A stretch of DNA of 64,000 nt from Chitinophagaceae bacterium (GCA_037718865.1 JBBJMP010000017.1:12926-76925), one strand, 5' to 3'. Positions 1-9,164 are shown, counted from the first letter of the stretch. Made by a program: numbers and translations. The notes: generated from the sequence alone by a model not told the origin.

Positions 1-535
1 TCGTTTGTGCATAGGCTCGTCCTATTTTATCTCCTTGTACTTTTTCAACTGCCATCACTACCAGCTTCTTATCTCCCTTGCTTCTTCCGCGTTCGCCCTC
101 ATCTACTCCCCCAATCATCAATTCATCCACTTCTACATGACCACTAAGAAGATGTTTGCCGCTGCTTGCCATTGCCTCCTGTGCCTTTCGTTTAAACAAC
201 CAGGAAGATTTTTGATTGATGCCGTATTCATTAGCCAATTCTATGGTTGACATTCCTTTTTTGCGCACAGAGATCCGAAAGTTAATCCCAAAAGCCTTCA
301 GCAGCGGGATCTTCATCTTGTGAAACAATGTGTGTGCTGTGACAGATTCATCATACCCGCACTGTGTACATCGCAAATGAAACCGAGTCTTGCCTTTGCA
401 GCTTTTCTTCCCATTGCAATTGCGGCATCGATAACCGTCATTCCATTTTAAATCAAACAGATACTGCCTGCAATCATCTTCACTTGTAAAGAACTTATTA
501 AACTCACTAATGGTGATTCCCTGAAACATACTCAA
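1..535 (-). CDS. IS1595-family transposase, N-terminal part (truncated by window edge)
   Basis: Identical to the N-terminal about 178 codons of the 297-aa ORF at 32511-33404. It has Cys-rich zinc-ribbon motifs (CRNCNG..CTQCG). The first in-frame ATG is at 529 and the track start is a TTG at 535. Confidence 0.85.
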   Translation of the reverse strand, partial: MSMFQGITISEFNKFFTSEDDCRQYLFDLKWNDGYRCRNCNGKKSCKGKTRFHLRCTQCGYDESVTAHTLFHKMKIPLLKAFGINFRISVRKKGMSTIELANEYGINQKSSWLFKRKAQEAMASSGKHLLSGHVEVDELMIGGVDEGERGRSKGDKKLVVMAVEKVQGDKIGRAYAQT

Positions 536-615
536 ATATTTAGTACAAATATACTAAATTTATTAGCTAAGGTCTATTTCTTATCTTCGCTTTGCGCTCT
601 ATCTGGATAACCCTA
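1..615 (-). mobile_element. IS1595-family insertion sequence, partial copy cut by the window edge
   Basis: Bases 1-615 match 32870-33484 with one mismatch (572 g versus 33441 t). It ends in the same terminal repeat TGGATAACCCTA (604-615). Confidence 0.9.
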
Positions 616-638
616 TTAATTTATATATACTTCAGAAT

Positions 639-1994
639 ATGCCATATGTAACACAAGTTTCGCAAGAACAAATCGCCAAAGACGCCTCTTCCGGTACTCT
701 CCGGGTCCATTGGGCCTTTGGAAATCTCATACCCAACGTTATTGAGATTCGACAACCAGGAAGCACTACCACTCCTGCTGTTCTTTTTGCAAGCGTAGCC
801 ATCAATACTGGAACAAAAACTCCTACATCTGTTGATTTTAAAGTTTCTGCCCCTCAGTTTCTCAACTTGGTAGTGTCGCCTAGAATTATCAAAGATGGGC
901 AGTTAGCAGATAAAATGGTCGATGATTTTGGGTCACTACAGGTCTGGGAAAGTTTTAGTTTGCAGTTAGCACCGTTTACGGTGGCTGCCAACCAGGACCC
1001 TCGACCTAAACAGAATGTACACGCGCCAAAAATTGGCAATGTAGATATTTCACAAGGTATGTTCACCGTGCATTGGGAATCCCCAAATGTACACCACTTC
1101 AATGCGACATTAGTACCCAGCGTTATCCCTTTTCAAGGGCAGGTTGAACTTTCAGGATTAGACCGCAGTTTTACTCAGGACAGAGTACGCGAAGGTCACT
1201 ATATTTTTTCTCTCCAGGGATGCATATCCGGTCTTCTTAAGTCCATTTGTTCAGGCTGGGTTCAAAGGGAGATTGTTATACCTCCTCACATGGCTTTTCA
1301 GACTTTGCGTGTCGGGGCTAATGCACAGGATAAATGGGTTTTAACAATGGGTAATCGAATCATGGTCATTGTGAATGACGGCAGGATGTTTGTTCACGAA
1401 ATTGCCAATAATAATATTGGCAGGCCTTTCCGGCTTGTGGGACCCAGAGTTGCGGCAAATCCACAGGATAGGCGGGTCGTGGTTAATGGCAATCGTATTG
1501 CAGTGATCCTGACTAACGGTGATGTGTTCGTTCATGAAATTTCTGGTAACAATATCGGGCTGCCCTTCAAACTTGTTGGACCTCCGGTTGCTACAAATTC
1601 GCAAGACAAGTGGGTCCTTACACTCGAGGATAAAATCCTCGTTATTGTGGCTGACGGCAGAGTATTTGCTCATGAAGTCACGAGCAACAATATAGGCATT
1701 CCGTTTCAACTTGTGGGCCCTGCCGTGGCCAAAAACGGTGTAGATAAATGGGTCGTGGTGATGGGTAACAGAATCTTGGTCATTACAAATAATGGCGGAG
1801 TTTTCGTCCATGAAATATCTGGCAATACCATTGGCGTTCCGTTCCAACTTGTTGGCCCGCCAGTCGCGACCAATTCTCAGGATAAGCTCGTGTTAACGAT
1901 AGGAAACCGAATACTCGTTGTCACAAAGGATGGAGGAGTTTTTGTGCATGAAATAGGACCCAACACCATTGGCAGCGCCTTCAAGCTAGGCTGA
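639..1994 (+). CDS. Hypothetical repeat protein: N-terminal about 220 aa with two xxVHW segments, followed by five tandem 46-aa repeats (propeller-like)
   Basis: 451-aa ORF. Repeat consensus is VGPxVAxNxQDKWVLTxGNRILVIxxDGxVFVHEIxGNxIGxPFxL, present five times (aa about 222-451). No signal peptide is seen. Confidence 0.8.
   Translation: MPYVTQVSQEQIAKDASSGTLRVHWAFGNLIPNVIEIRQPGSTTTPAVLFASVAINTGTKTPTSVDFKVSAPQFLNLVVSPRIIKDGQLADKMVDDFGSLQVWESFSLQLAPFTVAANQDPRPKQNVHAPKIGNVDISQGMFTVHWESPNVHHFNATLVPSVIPFQGQVELSGLDRSFTQDRVREGHYIFSLQGCISGLLKSICSGWVQREIVIPPHMAFQTLRVGANAQDKWVLTMGNRIMVIVNDGRMFVHEIANNNIGRPFRLVGPRVAANPQDRRVVVNGNRIAVILTNGDVFVHEISGNNIGLPFKLVGPPVATNSQDKWVLTLEDKILVIVADGRVFAHEVTSNNIGIPFQLVGPAVAKNGVDKWVVVMGNRILVITNNGGVFVHEISGNTIGVPFQLVGPPVATNSQDKLVLTIGNRILVVTKDGGVFVHEIGPNTIGSAFKLG
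1302..1991 (+). repeat. Five in-frame tandem coding repeats of 138 bp
   Basis: The 46-aa period is read directly from the translation. The copies differ mostly at synonymous-looking positions, so they look old and selected rather than recently duplicated. Confidence 0.8.
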
Positions 1995-2084
1995 CATCCT
2001 TATTTACCGAAGTATGACATTCTTATTTACCGAAGTATAGCACTCTTAATTGCCAACTTTGTGACATTGCTATTTACCGATTAG
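1992..2084 (+). repeat. Three copies of a 23-nt motif with core TGACATnnnTATTTACCGA
   Basis: Copies at 1992-2014 and 2015-2037 are directly tandem with one mismatch. The third copy at 2062-2084 ends at the group II intron 5' junction. Confidence 0.75.
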
Positions 2085-2704
2085 TGCGACTTGTAAAGCT
2101 GATGTTGCAATTGTTTCAATTTCTTAGAAAAGAAATTAGAGAAACTTACTGTTCTGTTAGTAATAGCCTACTCCGACATGCACAAAGAGTAATCTCTGTG
2201 TGTGAAGCTTGGGGGACAATGTACCTAAATGCCGCAAGGCTATCAGTTAGAATAGCGAGGTAAGAACTGATCCTGGAAGTTTCATCCGGGATAGGGCTAG
2301 GCTGGCTGGCATGGTTAAGGAAACTGAACTATCGATAAACGTCGTAAAAATAGGTGAGCTAAAGAAACTGATAAGCTCAGGCCAAAAGGCATGCGTGGGA
2401 CAATCTGCTTGATCGTCGGATTGCACAGACACAAAACACGCCCGGCGGAGAGATAGGACCTAAACCAGTCATGTTGCAATATTGGAACAAGGTAAGCCCT
2501 ATTCATCGCCTTTAAAGGCAAGTCGACCGTAAGGAAGACCTCTGATGGAGAGGGTAAAGGATCAGACAAAAAGCGAATGATACTTTGTAATGAAGTGTAT
2601 AGGGGATGAAAGGATTGCCCTGCGGTGAAAGCCGGCTGACTTGTCTATGTGGTCAATCATGGCGAGAGAACTACTAGAACCTAAAACTAAGGGGAAACAA
2701 GCAA

Positions 2705-4444
2705 ATGACTGTATTACCAAATATGGATGCGGTTCCCACAGACGGAGCAAAATGGAATTCCATTGACTGGAACCATGCGCACCGTATGGTAATGAGGCTA
2801 CAAGTGCGTATCGCCAAGGCAACACGTGAAGGCTGCTGGCGTAAGGTGAAAGCCTTGCAATGGCTACTAACACATTCTTATGCTGCAAAATTATTGGCAG
2901 TAAAGAAAATTACTACCAACCGTGGTAAACGAACACCGGGAGTGGATGGGGTGCTCCTTAAAACCCCTGAAGACAAAGCCGCCATGGCTAACTCGCTAAT
3001 GCGCTGCGGCTATACCCCGTCGCCGTTAAAACGAATCTATATTCCGAAATCCAATGGGAAAAAGGATCGCCCCCTCGGAATACCGACCATGCTCGACCGA
3101 GGTATGCAAGCTCTGCATACCCTTGCACTCCTACCTATGTCGGAAACTCTGGCAGACTGGAACAGCTATGGCTTCAGACCGGAACGCTGTACTGCCGATG
3201 CAATCGAAGCTCTGTTCAAAAGGCTTTGTAGAAAAGATGCACCGCAATGGATTCTGGAAGGCGACATTAAAGGTTGTTTTGACAACATCAGCCATGAATG
3301 GATGCTGAAAAATATCTGTACAGATACAACAGTATTGCGTAAATGGCTAAACGCAGGTTACATGGAAAAGGCTGAATTGTTTCCCACACATAAAGGTACT
3401 CCTCAAGGAGGAATTGCTTCCCCTACACTTGCCAACCTGGTACTTGATGGAATAGAAAACTTGCTGGGAAAAAAGTTTAATTCGTTAAATAGATATGGAC
3501 TTCGCAGACAGGCATCACCTTTTGGGATTCACTTTGTAAGGTATGCAGATGACTTCGTGATAACCGGAAATTCAAAAGAGATCCTGGAAGAAGAGGTATA
3601 TCCTGCGATTGAAGAATTTTTGAAAGAAAGAGGTCTTGAACTATCCAAAGAAAAAACGAAGATTACCCACATCTCGGAAGGATTCGACTTCCTTGGACAA
3701 AACATTCGTAAATACGGGTATGGAAAAGATAATGCTAAACTACTCATCAAACCTTGCAGCAAGAACATAAAAACGTTTCTTACCGGTATTAGGAAAACCA
3801 TTAAATCGATGGCAACAGCAACTCAGGAAAACCTGATACGTAAACTTAATCCCATGATTCAGGGATGGGCTAACTATCATCGATCAATAGTATCAAAGAC
3901 AACCTACAATAAAGTGGACAACGAGATATGGAAAGCCATCTGGCGCTGGGCCATGCGTAGACATCCTAATAAAGGCAAAGCCTGGGTACATTCTAGGTAC
4001 TTCAGAAAAATCAAAGAACGCAATCACTGTTTTAGCTGTATTATTAAGGATGGGAACGGGAAGGCAAAAATAGGGATAACGTTGAAACACGCTTCGGATA
4101 CGTTTATAAAACGTCACATTAAAATCCAAAGCGAAGCAACGCCCTTTGACCCAAATTACGAAGCGTACTTTGAAAATCGCATGTCAACAAAGATGGCAAA
4201 TAATAAAGAAGGCCGCAGAAAGGTCGCAGCACTATGGAGGAGACAAGGAGGTTGCTGCTCTATGTGTGGGGAAAGAATTACAAGCATAACCAATTGGCGT
4301 GTTCATCATATGGAAAGTCGTCTGGAGGGAGGTTCGGAAAATTTATCCAATCTTATTCTCTTGCATCCGATTTGTCAGGAACTAGGGTTTACTAACGGTT
4401 TTGTGTATGTGTTTCCGGCTGAAGCCAACAATGCTTCAACTTAG
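2705..4444 (+). CDS. Group II intron reverse transcriptase/maturase with C-terminal HNH endonuclease domain
   Basis: 579 aa. RT motifs are present, including FVRYADDFVI. There is a maturase X region (QGWANYH) and a C-terminal CCSMCG...HH...H..LLH zinc/HNH motif. Confidence 0.92.
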   Translation: MTVLPNMDAVPTDGAKWNSIDWNHAHRMVMRLQVRIAKATREGCWRKVKALQWLLTHSYAAKLLAVKKITTNRGKRTPGVDGVLLKTPEDKAAMANSLMRCGYTPSPLKRIYIPKSNGKKDRPLGIPTMLDRGMQALHTLALLPMSETLADWNSYGFRPERCTADAIEALFKRLCRKDAPQWILEGDIKGCFDNISHEWMLKNICTDTTVLRKWLNAGYMEKAELFPTHKGTPQGGIASPTLANLVLDGIENLLGKKFNSLNRYGLRRQASPFGIHFVRYADDFVITGNSKEILEEEVYPAIEEFLKERGLELSKEKTKITHISEGFDFLGQNIRKYGYGKDNAKLLIKPCSKNIKTFLTGIRKTIKSMATATQENLIRKLNPMIQGWANYHRSIVSKTTYNKVDNEIWKAIWRWAMRRHPNKGKAWVHSRYFRKIKERNHCFSCIIKDGNGKAKIGITLKHASDTFIKRHIKIQSEATPFDPNYEAYFENRMSTKMANNKEGRRKVAALWRRQGGCCSMCGERITSITNWRVHHMESRLEGGSENLSNLILLHPICQELGFTNGFVYVFPAEANNAST

Positions 4445-4453
4445 TATTGGCTT

Positions 4454-4529
4454 GAGCCGTGTGAATTGGAAACTTTCATGCACGGTTCTTAGGGGAGGAT
4501 ATCACAGCAATGGGATATCCTTACCCGAC
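4454..4529 (+). ncRNA. Intron RNA domains V and VI (catalytic hairpin and branch-point hairpin)
   Basis: DV is a 35-nt hairpin with a GAAA-containing loop. DVI pairs GGGGAGGATATC with GATATCCTTACCC, leaving an unpaired A at 4523, 6 nt before the proposed 3' end. Confidence 0.7.
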
Positions 4530-4701
4530 CAGCCTTCCCTACTTGCATAATCTTTAAGCAATTTAATAATTTGCTTACTAGTTCTACGCACTGGCGATTT
4601 TCTCTCAGCGGGAATTATTTCTTCCATAATGTTTGCATGTTTAGTTCATGCAAAACTATTTAGGAAAAATCATTATACATCATGATCCGGGTATGGGGTA
4701 G

Positions 4702-4872
4702 GTTGGAGGTTTACGACTCATTCATGAGCAGCAACTACAGCCACCGGAATCATCCGAAGCATTGGGCATCGATGATTGGGCCTTTAGGAAGGGAATCAAT
4801 TATGGCACAGCTATGATTGATCTTAACTGTCGCACGGTAATTTTCGAATGCCGGTTATTATCTTTCCTTTAA
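4702..4872 (+). pseudogene. ISL3-family transposase relic (internal fragment only)
   Basis: An open frame without a start encodes ...EALGIDDWAFRKGINYGTAMIDLNCRTVI.... This is the conserved ISL3 (LG[IV]DD[FW]AxRKGxxYGT..[IV]DL) block. Flanking sequence is degraded. Confidence 0.6.
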
Positions 4873-5436
4873 GCTCTATTGTTACCCGGAAATAATTCAT
4901 CGAGGCCTTATTTGCGGGTAAAGCTAAAAAGTTTAGGCAAATAATGCTATTACTTTTAAGAACCCCTTAGACACAGACACCGCCTTTTGTAACTTTCAAG
5001 GCGCATGCAGAAAATTACTACGGAAGCAGGATGCTGCACTTTGACTGTGTGCAATTAAGTAATCATTGCGATGAGGTCAAGCTGCATTTAAAGCAACAAG
5101 GCTGCACCGGCAACACGCATAATGAACCTGATAGTAATTTCGGCCTGGATCCGATTGATGAAAAAATCCTGAATGCGCCTTCCCAAAAACACACTGGTCA
5201 TGGAGGAGGGAAATACAGGAGTCATAATTCAGATTAAGATGTTTATAAAGTGAACTCTGGAATTGTCTTAGCTGTTGAGTCAAAGCATGTTTCAGAAATC
5301 ACTAATCTTCAGTATTACTGTTTAACATTTTGTATCAAATCAGTCCTTGATTTTTGCAATTTCCTGAATGATCACACATTTTATTTACCGTAGGATCAAA
5401 GAAAAAACAAATATATTGGTGTCAAATTACTTTGAT

Positions 5437-5556
5437 ATGGACACTGAAATGGAACGCTGGGCCGAGCGCATGATTGAGAAGCTGGAGAAGCCGGCGCCAA
5501 AGAAAAGAGGCGGGAGCCTTTCGGACCAGGAACTAGCCCGCGTATCAGCCGGTTGA
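5437..5556 (+). CDS. Small hypothetical ORF (39 aa from the MDTEMERW start)
   Basis: Shares the motif W..[RK][ML]..KL.K...PKK..GG.S with the neighbouring small ORF. It has no known family. Confidence 0.3.
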   Translation: MDTEMERWAERMIEKLEKPAPKKRGGSLSDQELARVSAG

Positions 5557-5651
5557 AGAAATTTCATTTTAAGAAAAATAGCCAAGGCTGAAAAAGAAAG
5601 CCAATAGAGGAAATATAACAACGTTAAATCAACAAAATTTTTCCAACAAAA

Positions 5652-5804
5652 ATGGAACCCCAATCTATCATAAACGACCTGCTGGAACTCGAAGCATATG
5701 CCGAAGGGTTGAAGCAGTGGTCACAGAAGCTAAGGAAGAAGCTGGACAAAATGGAGGAACCAAAAAAAGGCATCGGTGGGCGGTCAGAAGCTGTAGGGAA
5801 ATGA
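5652..5804 (+). CDS. Small hypothetical ORF (50 aa), paralog-like to 5437-5556
   Basis: Hand-translated as MEPQSIINDLLELEAYAEGLKQWSQKLRKKLDKMEEPKKGIGGRSEAVGK. It falls below the ORF-track length cutoff. Confidence 0.3.
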   Translation: MEPQSIINDLLELEAYAEGLKQWSQKLRKKLDKMEEPKKGIGGRSEAVGK

Positions 5805-6079
5805 AAGAAGAATTCTTATTTTGTCAGATCAATCAAGGGTTGTTTGAGTGCACAAGAAGCAGGCAGCCATGGTTGTAACATTAAAACCAATTAAAAAATC
5901 AAACAGGTAGAATCAGAAAGGTCGATACTTTCCGCCTAAGAGCAATCTTTACGGCAACGTCGGCCAACTCAAAAGTATACCGCAAGGCCCCCAAACATGC
6001 AAATGATGCGGGGCTTTATCAGGGAGCCTTTCGGATACTTTCCTATCTGTTGTGCGCAACTAACGCAACAAACTTCAAA

Positions 6080-6742
6080 ATGGGAATAGGAAGACGTGAA
6101 TTTCTAAGATTGACGAGTTTGGCTATAGGTGGAGTAGCCGTCGATCCCCTTCAAGCTGTTGTCACCACAAACAATGTATACATCAATAAAAAAATCGGCA
6201 TTTTATTTCACAAGCCATCACCTTGGGGGTTCATCAATGTAAAAGACTTTGGCAAGTTAAAGGATTCTCAAATTCTAGGAAATGGATGGAATGAAATAAA
6301 AGAAGAAGTTTGGGAAGACTTGGGTGATCCAGTTTGTATTGCTACAAAGTACTATCAGGACAGACCAGAATACAAGGGGCTTTTTTCTCCAACAATCACC
6401 TTGAATATCACTCCTAAAAGCGAACTAGAAGATCTAGGGTATGAGAGTTTTGAAGAATTGATGGAAATGTCGGCATACGGAACAAGTCAACTATTGGAAG
6501 AGTTCAAAATAATAAAATCCTACGACCCTTATTTCATTTGTGGTTGTAAGTTTTATGAATACGATGCTGAGTACCTCTTTCAACACATAGAGATTGACAA
6601 ACCTCTAAAAGTAGAACTGAAAGTCCTAAAGGCAGAACACAATGGCTTTTATTATGATTTTAACTGCCATCAGTCTTCAGCCCAGAACCAAATTGCACAT
6701 AATGAGTTTGAAATGTTTAAAAAGTCCATCAAACTTATATAA
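6080..6742 (+). CDS. Hypothetical protein with twin-arginine (Tat) signal
   Basis: MGIGRREFLRLTSLAIGG at the likely start. The track ORF begins at a TTG at 6050. No family was recognised. Confidence 0.65.
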   Translation: MGIGRREFLRLTSLAIGGVAVDPLQAVVTTNNVYINKKIGILFHKPSPWGFINVKDFGKLKDSQILGNGWNEIKEEVWEDLGDPVCIATKYYQDRPEYKGLFSPTITLNITPKSELEDLGYESFEELMEMSAYGTSQLLEEFKIIKSYDPYFICGCKFYEYDAEYLFQHIEIDKPLKVELKVLKAEHNGFYYDFNCHQSSAQNQIAHNEFEMFKKSIKLI

Positions 6743-6973
6743 GCTGCAGCCAACAGTGTGTTTATAAAATTGTGGCTGGAGGTTAAGCATTCAACTATAA
6801 ATCCCTATTTTGATTTTGTGGTTAATTGAACCTTCAGTTTTTCAATTTCCACACCTTCATAAAAACTTTAAGGTTAGCGGCAATTTAAAACGATCTTCAA
6901 TTCAATAAGTACATGCAAAAGTTAACATTGATTTTATTTCTTGTTCCTTACTTAGCTGTTTCTCAAAATACAA

Positions 6974-8131
6974 TCAAACAAAACAATACTTGTGTTTTGT
7001 ATTAGCCCTTCTTAGTTCGCCCTGGGTACTTAAGGCTTTTGTGTAACGATCGTTAATATCAATACCAGCCTCCATTTCCCGGTTAAAGCCTTCAAGCTCT
7101 TCCCTGGCCTCCTCTGTATTGCGTGTAAAGAATAAAACAGCTGCCGCAAGCGCTCCGAGGGCAATGAGCAGCACACCGACCGGACTTAAAGCCAAAACAG
7201 CATTTAACGCTTTCTGAGCCGCAATGGCGCCGTAACGGATAACGACATAGTTACTTTCAGCAGCAGATTGTAACGTGATATTAAGAGCAGCAAGCCGGCG
7301 TTGAGCATTTTCAATAACCAGGTCCGCCGCGCTTTCTTTTTGCAATGCCGTCTGAATGGCTTGAACGCTATTGGAAACAACAAGCAAGGCGTTCATATGG
7401 GCCAGGGCCTTATTCAAATCTTCATTCTCATCCCCTAACATTTGTTGAGCAGCTTGCAGGCCAGCGGTTACTTGTACGCCGGTTCCCATTATTTGCACCA
7501 GCCCCTCTATAGACCGTGTAGCGCTACCAGTTTGGGATATAGTACCATTTACATCCTTCAGCGCATCCTCCAGCTGGCCGGCTTTTTGGATCAAAGCATC
7601 GATGTCAGCGCCTGATTCACCGGCAGCAACACGCCTGGCAATCTGATCCTTCATTTCCCTGAGTTCCGCACTCAGCCGCTTAGTTTTGCCAGCCGTCACC
7701 ACTTCCTGATCCCCAAACTCCCGGAGTACCTGCCCACCAGCTCTAATAAGATCGTTAAGCTGCTTCCACTCGGCAGTATTGGGAGATAAGGTGGACAACT
7801 TCTTTTTTGCTACATCGAGAACCAGGTTCAGCTGTTTAAATTCGTCTCCTGTGCCTTTTAAGTTCTTCCGTAACTCGTCAAGTGCCTTGCTACTTATGCC
7901 ACCCACGGCGGCTTTACCCAAATTCCCGAAGGCATACATCAATCCCTCAATATCTTTTTTAGCCAGCTTAGCACCCTGAGCGAGCACATTATCATGCTTT
8001 GAAATCTCAGCAGTCGTTTTCTTAAACTGCTCTTCCACTTTTTTGTCAGCGAAGACGATCTGCTCCAGGCCATCGATGCCGGGTTGCAGGCCACTGGGAT
8101 CTGCTGTGAAATTTATGAGAATATTATCCAT
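6974..8131 (-). CDS. Coiled-coil protein with one TM segment; resembles the N-terminal part of a phage tail tape-measure protein and is probably truncated
   Basis: 385 aa, Ala/Gln/Leu-rich heptad-like sequence plus a hydrophobic stretch LSPVGVLLIALGALAAAVLFF. It sits next to a small terminase gene. The 3' end runs into a hairpin at about 6982-7002. Confidence 0.4.
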   Translation of the reverse strand: MDNILINFTADPSGLQPGIDGLEQIVFADKKVEEQFKKTTAEISKHDNVLAQGAKLAKKDIEGLMYAFGNLGKAAVGGISSKALDELRKNLKGTGDEFKQLNLVLDVAKKKLSTLSPNTAEWKQLNDLIRAGGQVLREFGDQEVVTAGKTKRLSAELREMKDQIARRVAAGESGADIDALIQKAGQLEDALKDVNGTISQTGSATRSIEGLVQIMGTGVQVTAGLQAAQQMLGDENEDLNKALAHMNALLVVSNSVQAIQTALQKESAADLVIENAQRRLAALNITLQSAAESNYVVIRYGAIAAQKALNAVLALSPVGVLLIALGALAAAVLFFTRNTEEAREELEGFNREMEAGIDINDRYTKALSTQGELRRANTKHKYCFV

Positions 8132-8199
8132 CGAGTTAGTATTTAGAATATTATTTTTAATTTTTAAGATTAGTTGCTTGCACCAACTTCACCGGTAAA

Positions 8200-8697
8200 T
8201 TATTTTCGGGTTACTATTATTTTTCTACCTTTCTGACGATTGTCCTTCTCAAATATGCCGAGATACTTACCGAGATCTACAAGGGCAGCTCGCTTATCAC
8301 TAAACTTGAGTTCGGTGGTAATTTCTTTTACCACTTTGCCATCCTCCAATGTGTACGAGCTCACTTTAACCTTTATTCCAATTAGGGGTATTGTCTTTTC
8401 CCTTGATAACTGGGTGATATCTCGTATTTCGTTGCCTTCCAGCAGAAAGTCATTGATATTCCAGAATCCCAAGGCTCTCAGCTCCTTTGTAATCATTTCG
8501 GCTGTTAATTCCATCTTATTTCGCAACACCTGGCGATGTTTTTCAATTTCCATCAAAATGTAAGGCTTTGACAGGTTTTCGTCACCCACTTGCCGTGCAG
8601 TCTTAGGTGAATAGCCGGCCTTAATAGCTGCTTGGGTAGCATTCGGATCGATAATATACTCCTGGCAAAACCGTAATTGTCTAGAGGTTAGCGGCAT
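8200..8697 (-). CDS. terS: Phage terminase small subunit
   Basis: The N-terminus LTSRQLRFCQEYIIDPNATQAAIKAGYSPKTARQVGDENLSKP is the typical Terminase_2 / P27-family helix-turn-helix. Confidence 0.85.
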   Translation of the reverse strand: MPLTSRQLRFCQEYIIDPNATQAAIKAGYSPKTARQVGDENLSKPYILMEIEKHRQVLRNKMELTAEMITKELRALGFWNINDFLLEGNEIRDITQLSREKTIPLIGIKVKVSSYTLEDGKVVKEITTELKFSDKRAALVDLGKYLGIFEKDNRQKGRKIIVTRK

Positions 8698-9164
8698 TAA
8701 TTGCTTTTTACTTTTTTCAAAAACATAAATTCCTCGTTCCAGCTCCTCGCTTCTTCAGCATCTTCCTGGGTAAAGGGCTGGCCAAATACTCCCACCTGCA
8801 GCAGCTCCTCGGGAGACATGGTAGCAATCTTTTCTTTCATAGCTGCCTGGAGCTGGTCTGCTGGGAGTTCCGAATTAATATTCAAACCGGAGTTTTTCAA
8901 TCTATGTAAAAGCTCGGCTCTAAGGTCCTCCTCGGTATAGTCATCACACTCAAAGGGATTGGTAAAATCTTCGATAAAATCTCTTTGTTTCTGCTCTGTC
9001 GCCGGTATCGTAGGAACAAAGGGCAGCAGGCCTCTATCCCGTTTTTCTTCTTCACTCAAACTGTCAAGACCCTCTCTGATGCTCCTGCGCAACAACTCTT
9101 CCGCGTGTCGTATTTCGCTATTCATTTTACTTTCAGGCTGCATTGTTTGTTTCAAAATTTGCAT
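8697..9164 (-). CDS. Hypothetical acidic phage-module protein
   Basis: 155-aa ORF tightly packed between the VRR-NUC and terS genes. Its stop overlaps the terS start (TAATG). Confidence 0.6.
   Translation of the reverse strand: MQILKQTMQPESKMNSEIRHAEELLRRSIREGLDSLSEEEKRDRGLLPFVPTIPATEQKQRDFIEDFTNPFECDDYTEEDLRAELLHRLKNSGLNINSELPADQLQAAMKEKIATMSPEELLQVGVFGQPFTQEDAEEARSWNEEFMFLKKVKSN

Larger units (their letters stand above)
2084..4529 (+). mobile_element. Group II intron, complete, about 2.45 kb
   Basis: 5' GTGCG at 2084-2088. The intron-encoded protein ORF lies in domain IV. Domain V has the consensus-like sequence GAGCCGTGTGAATTGGAAACTTTCATGCACGGTTC at 4454-4488. The domain VI hairpin has a bulged A at 4523, and the 3' end is ...GAC at 4529. 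Confidence 0.85.

Noticed and set aside
1341-1847. A 168-aa antisense ORF with its own internal periodicity
   Set aside because: It lies entirely opposite the 138-bp coding repeats of the plus-strand gene. Its periodicity is a mirror of that gene, so it is a shadow ORF.
1992-2084. A CRISPR-like array
   Set aside because: There are only three copies. Two of them abut with no spacer, the motif is imperfect, and no cas genes are nearby.
639-4444. A diversity-generating retroelement, suggested by a reverse transcriptase next to a repeat-containing target-like protein
   Set aside because: The RT is embedded in a canonical group II intron (GTGCG 5' end, domains V and VI, maturase X and HNH domains). 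No template/variable repeat pair with adenine-specific differences is visible.
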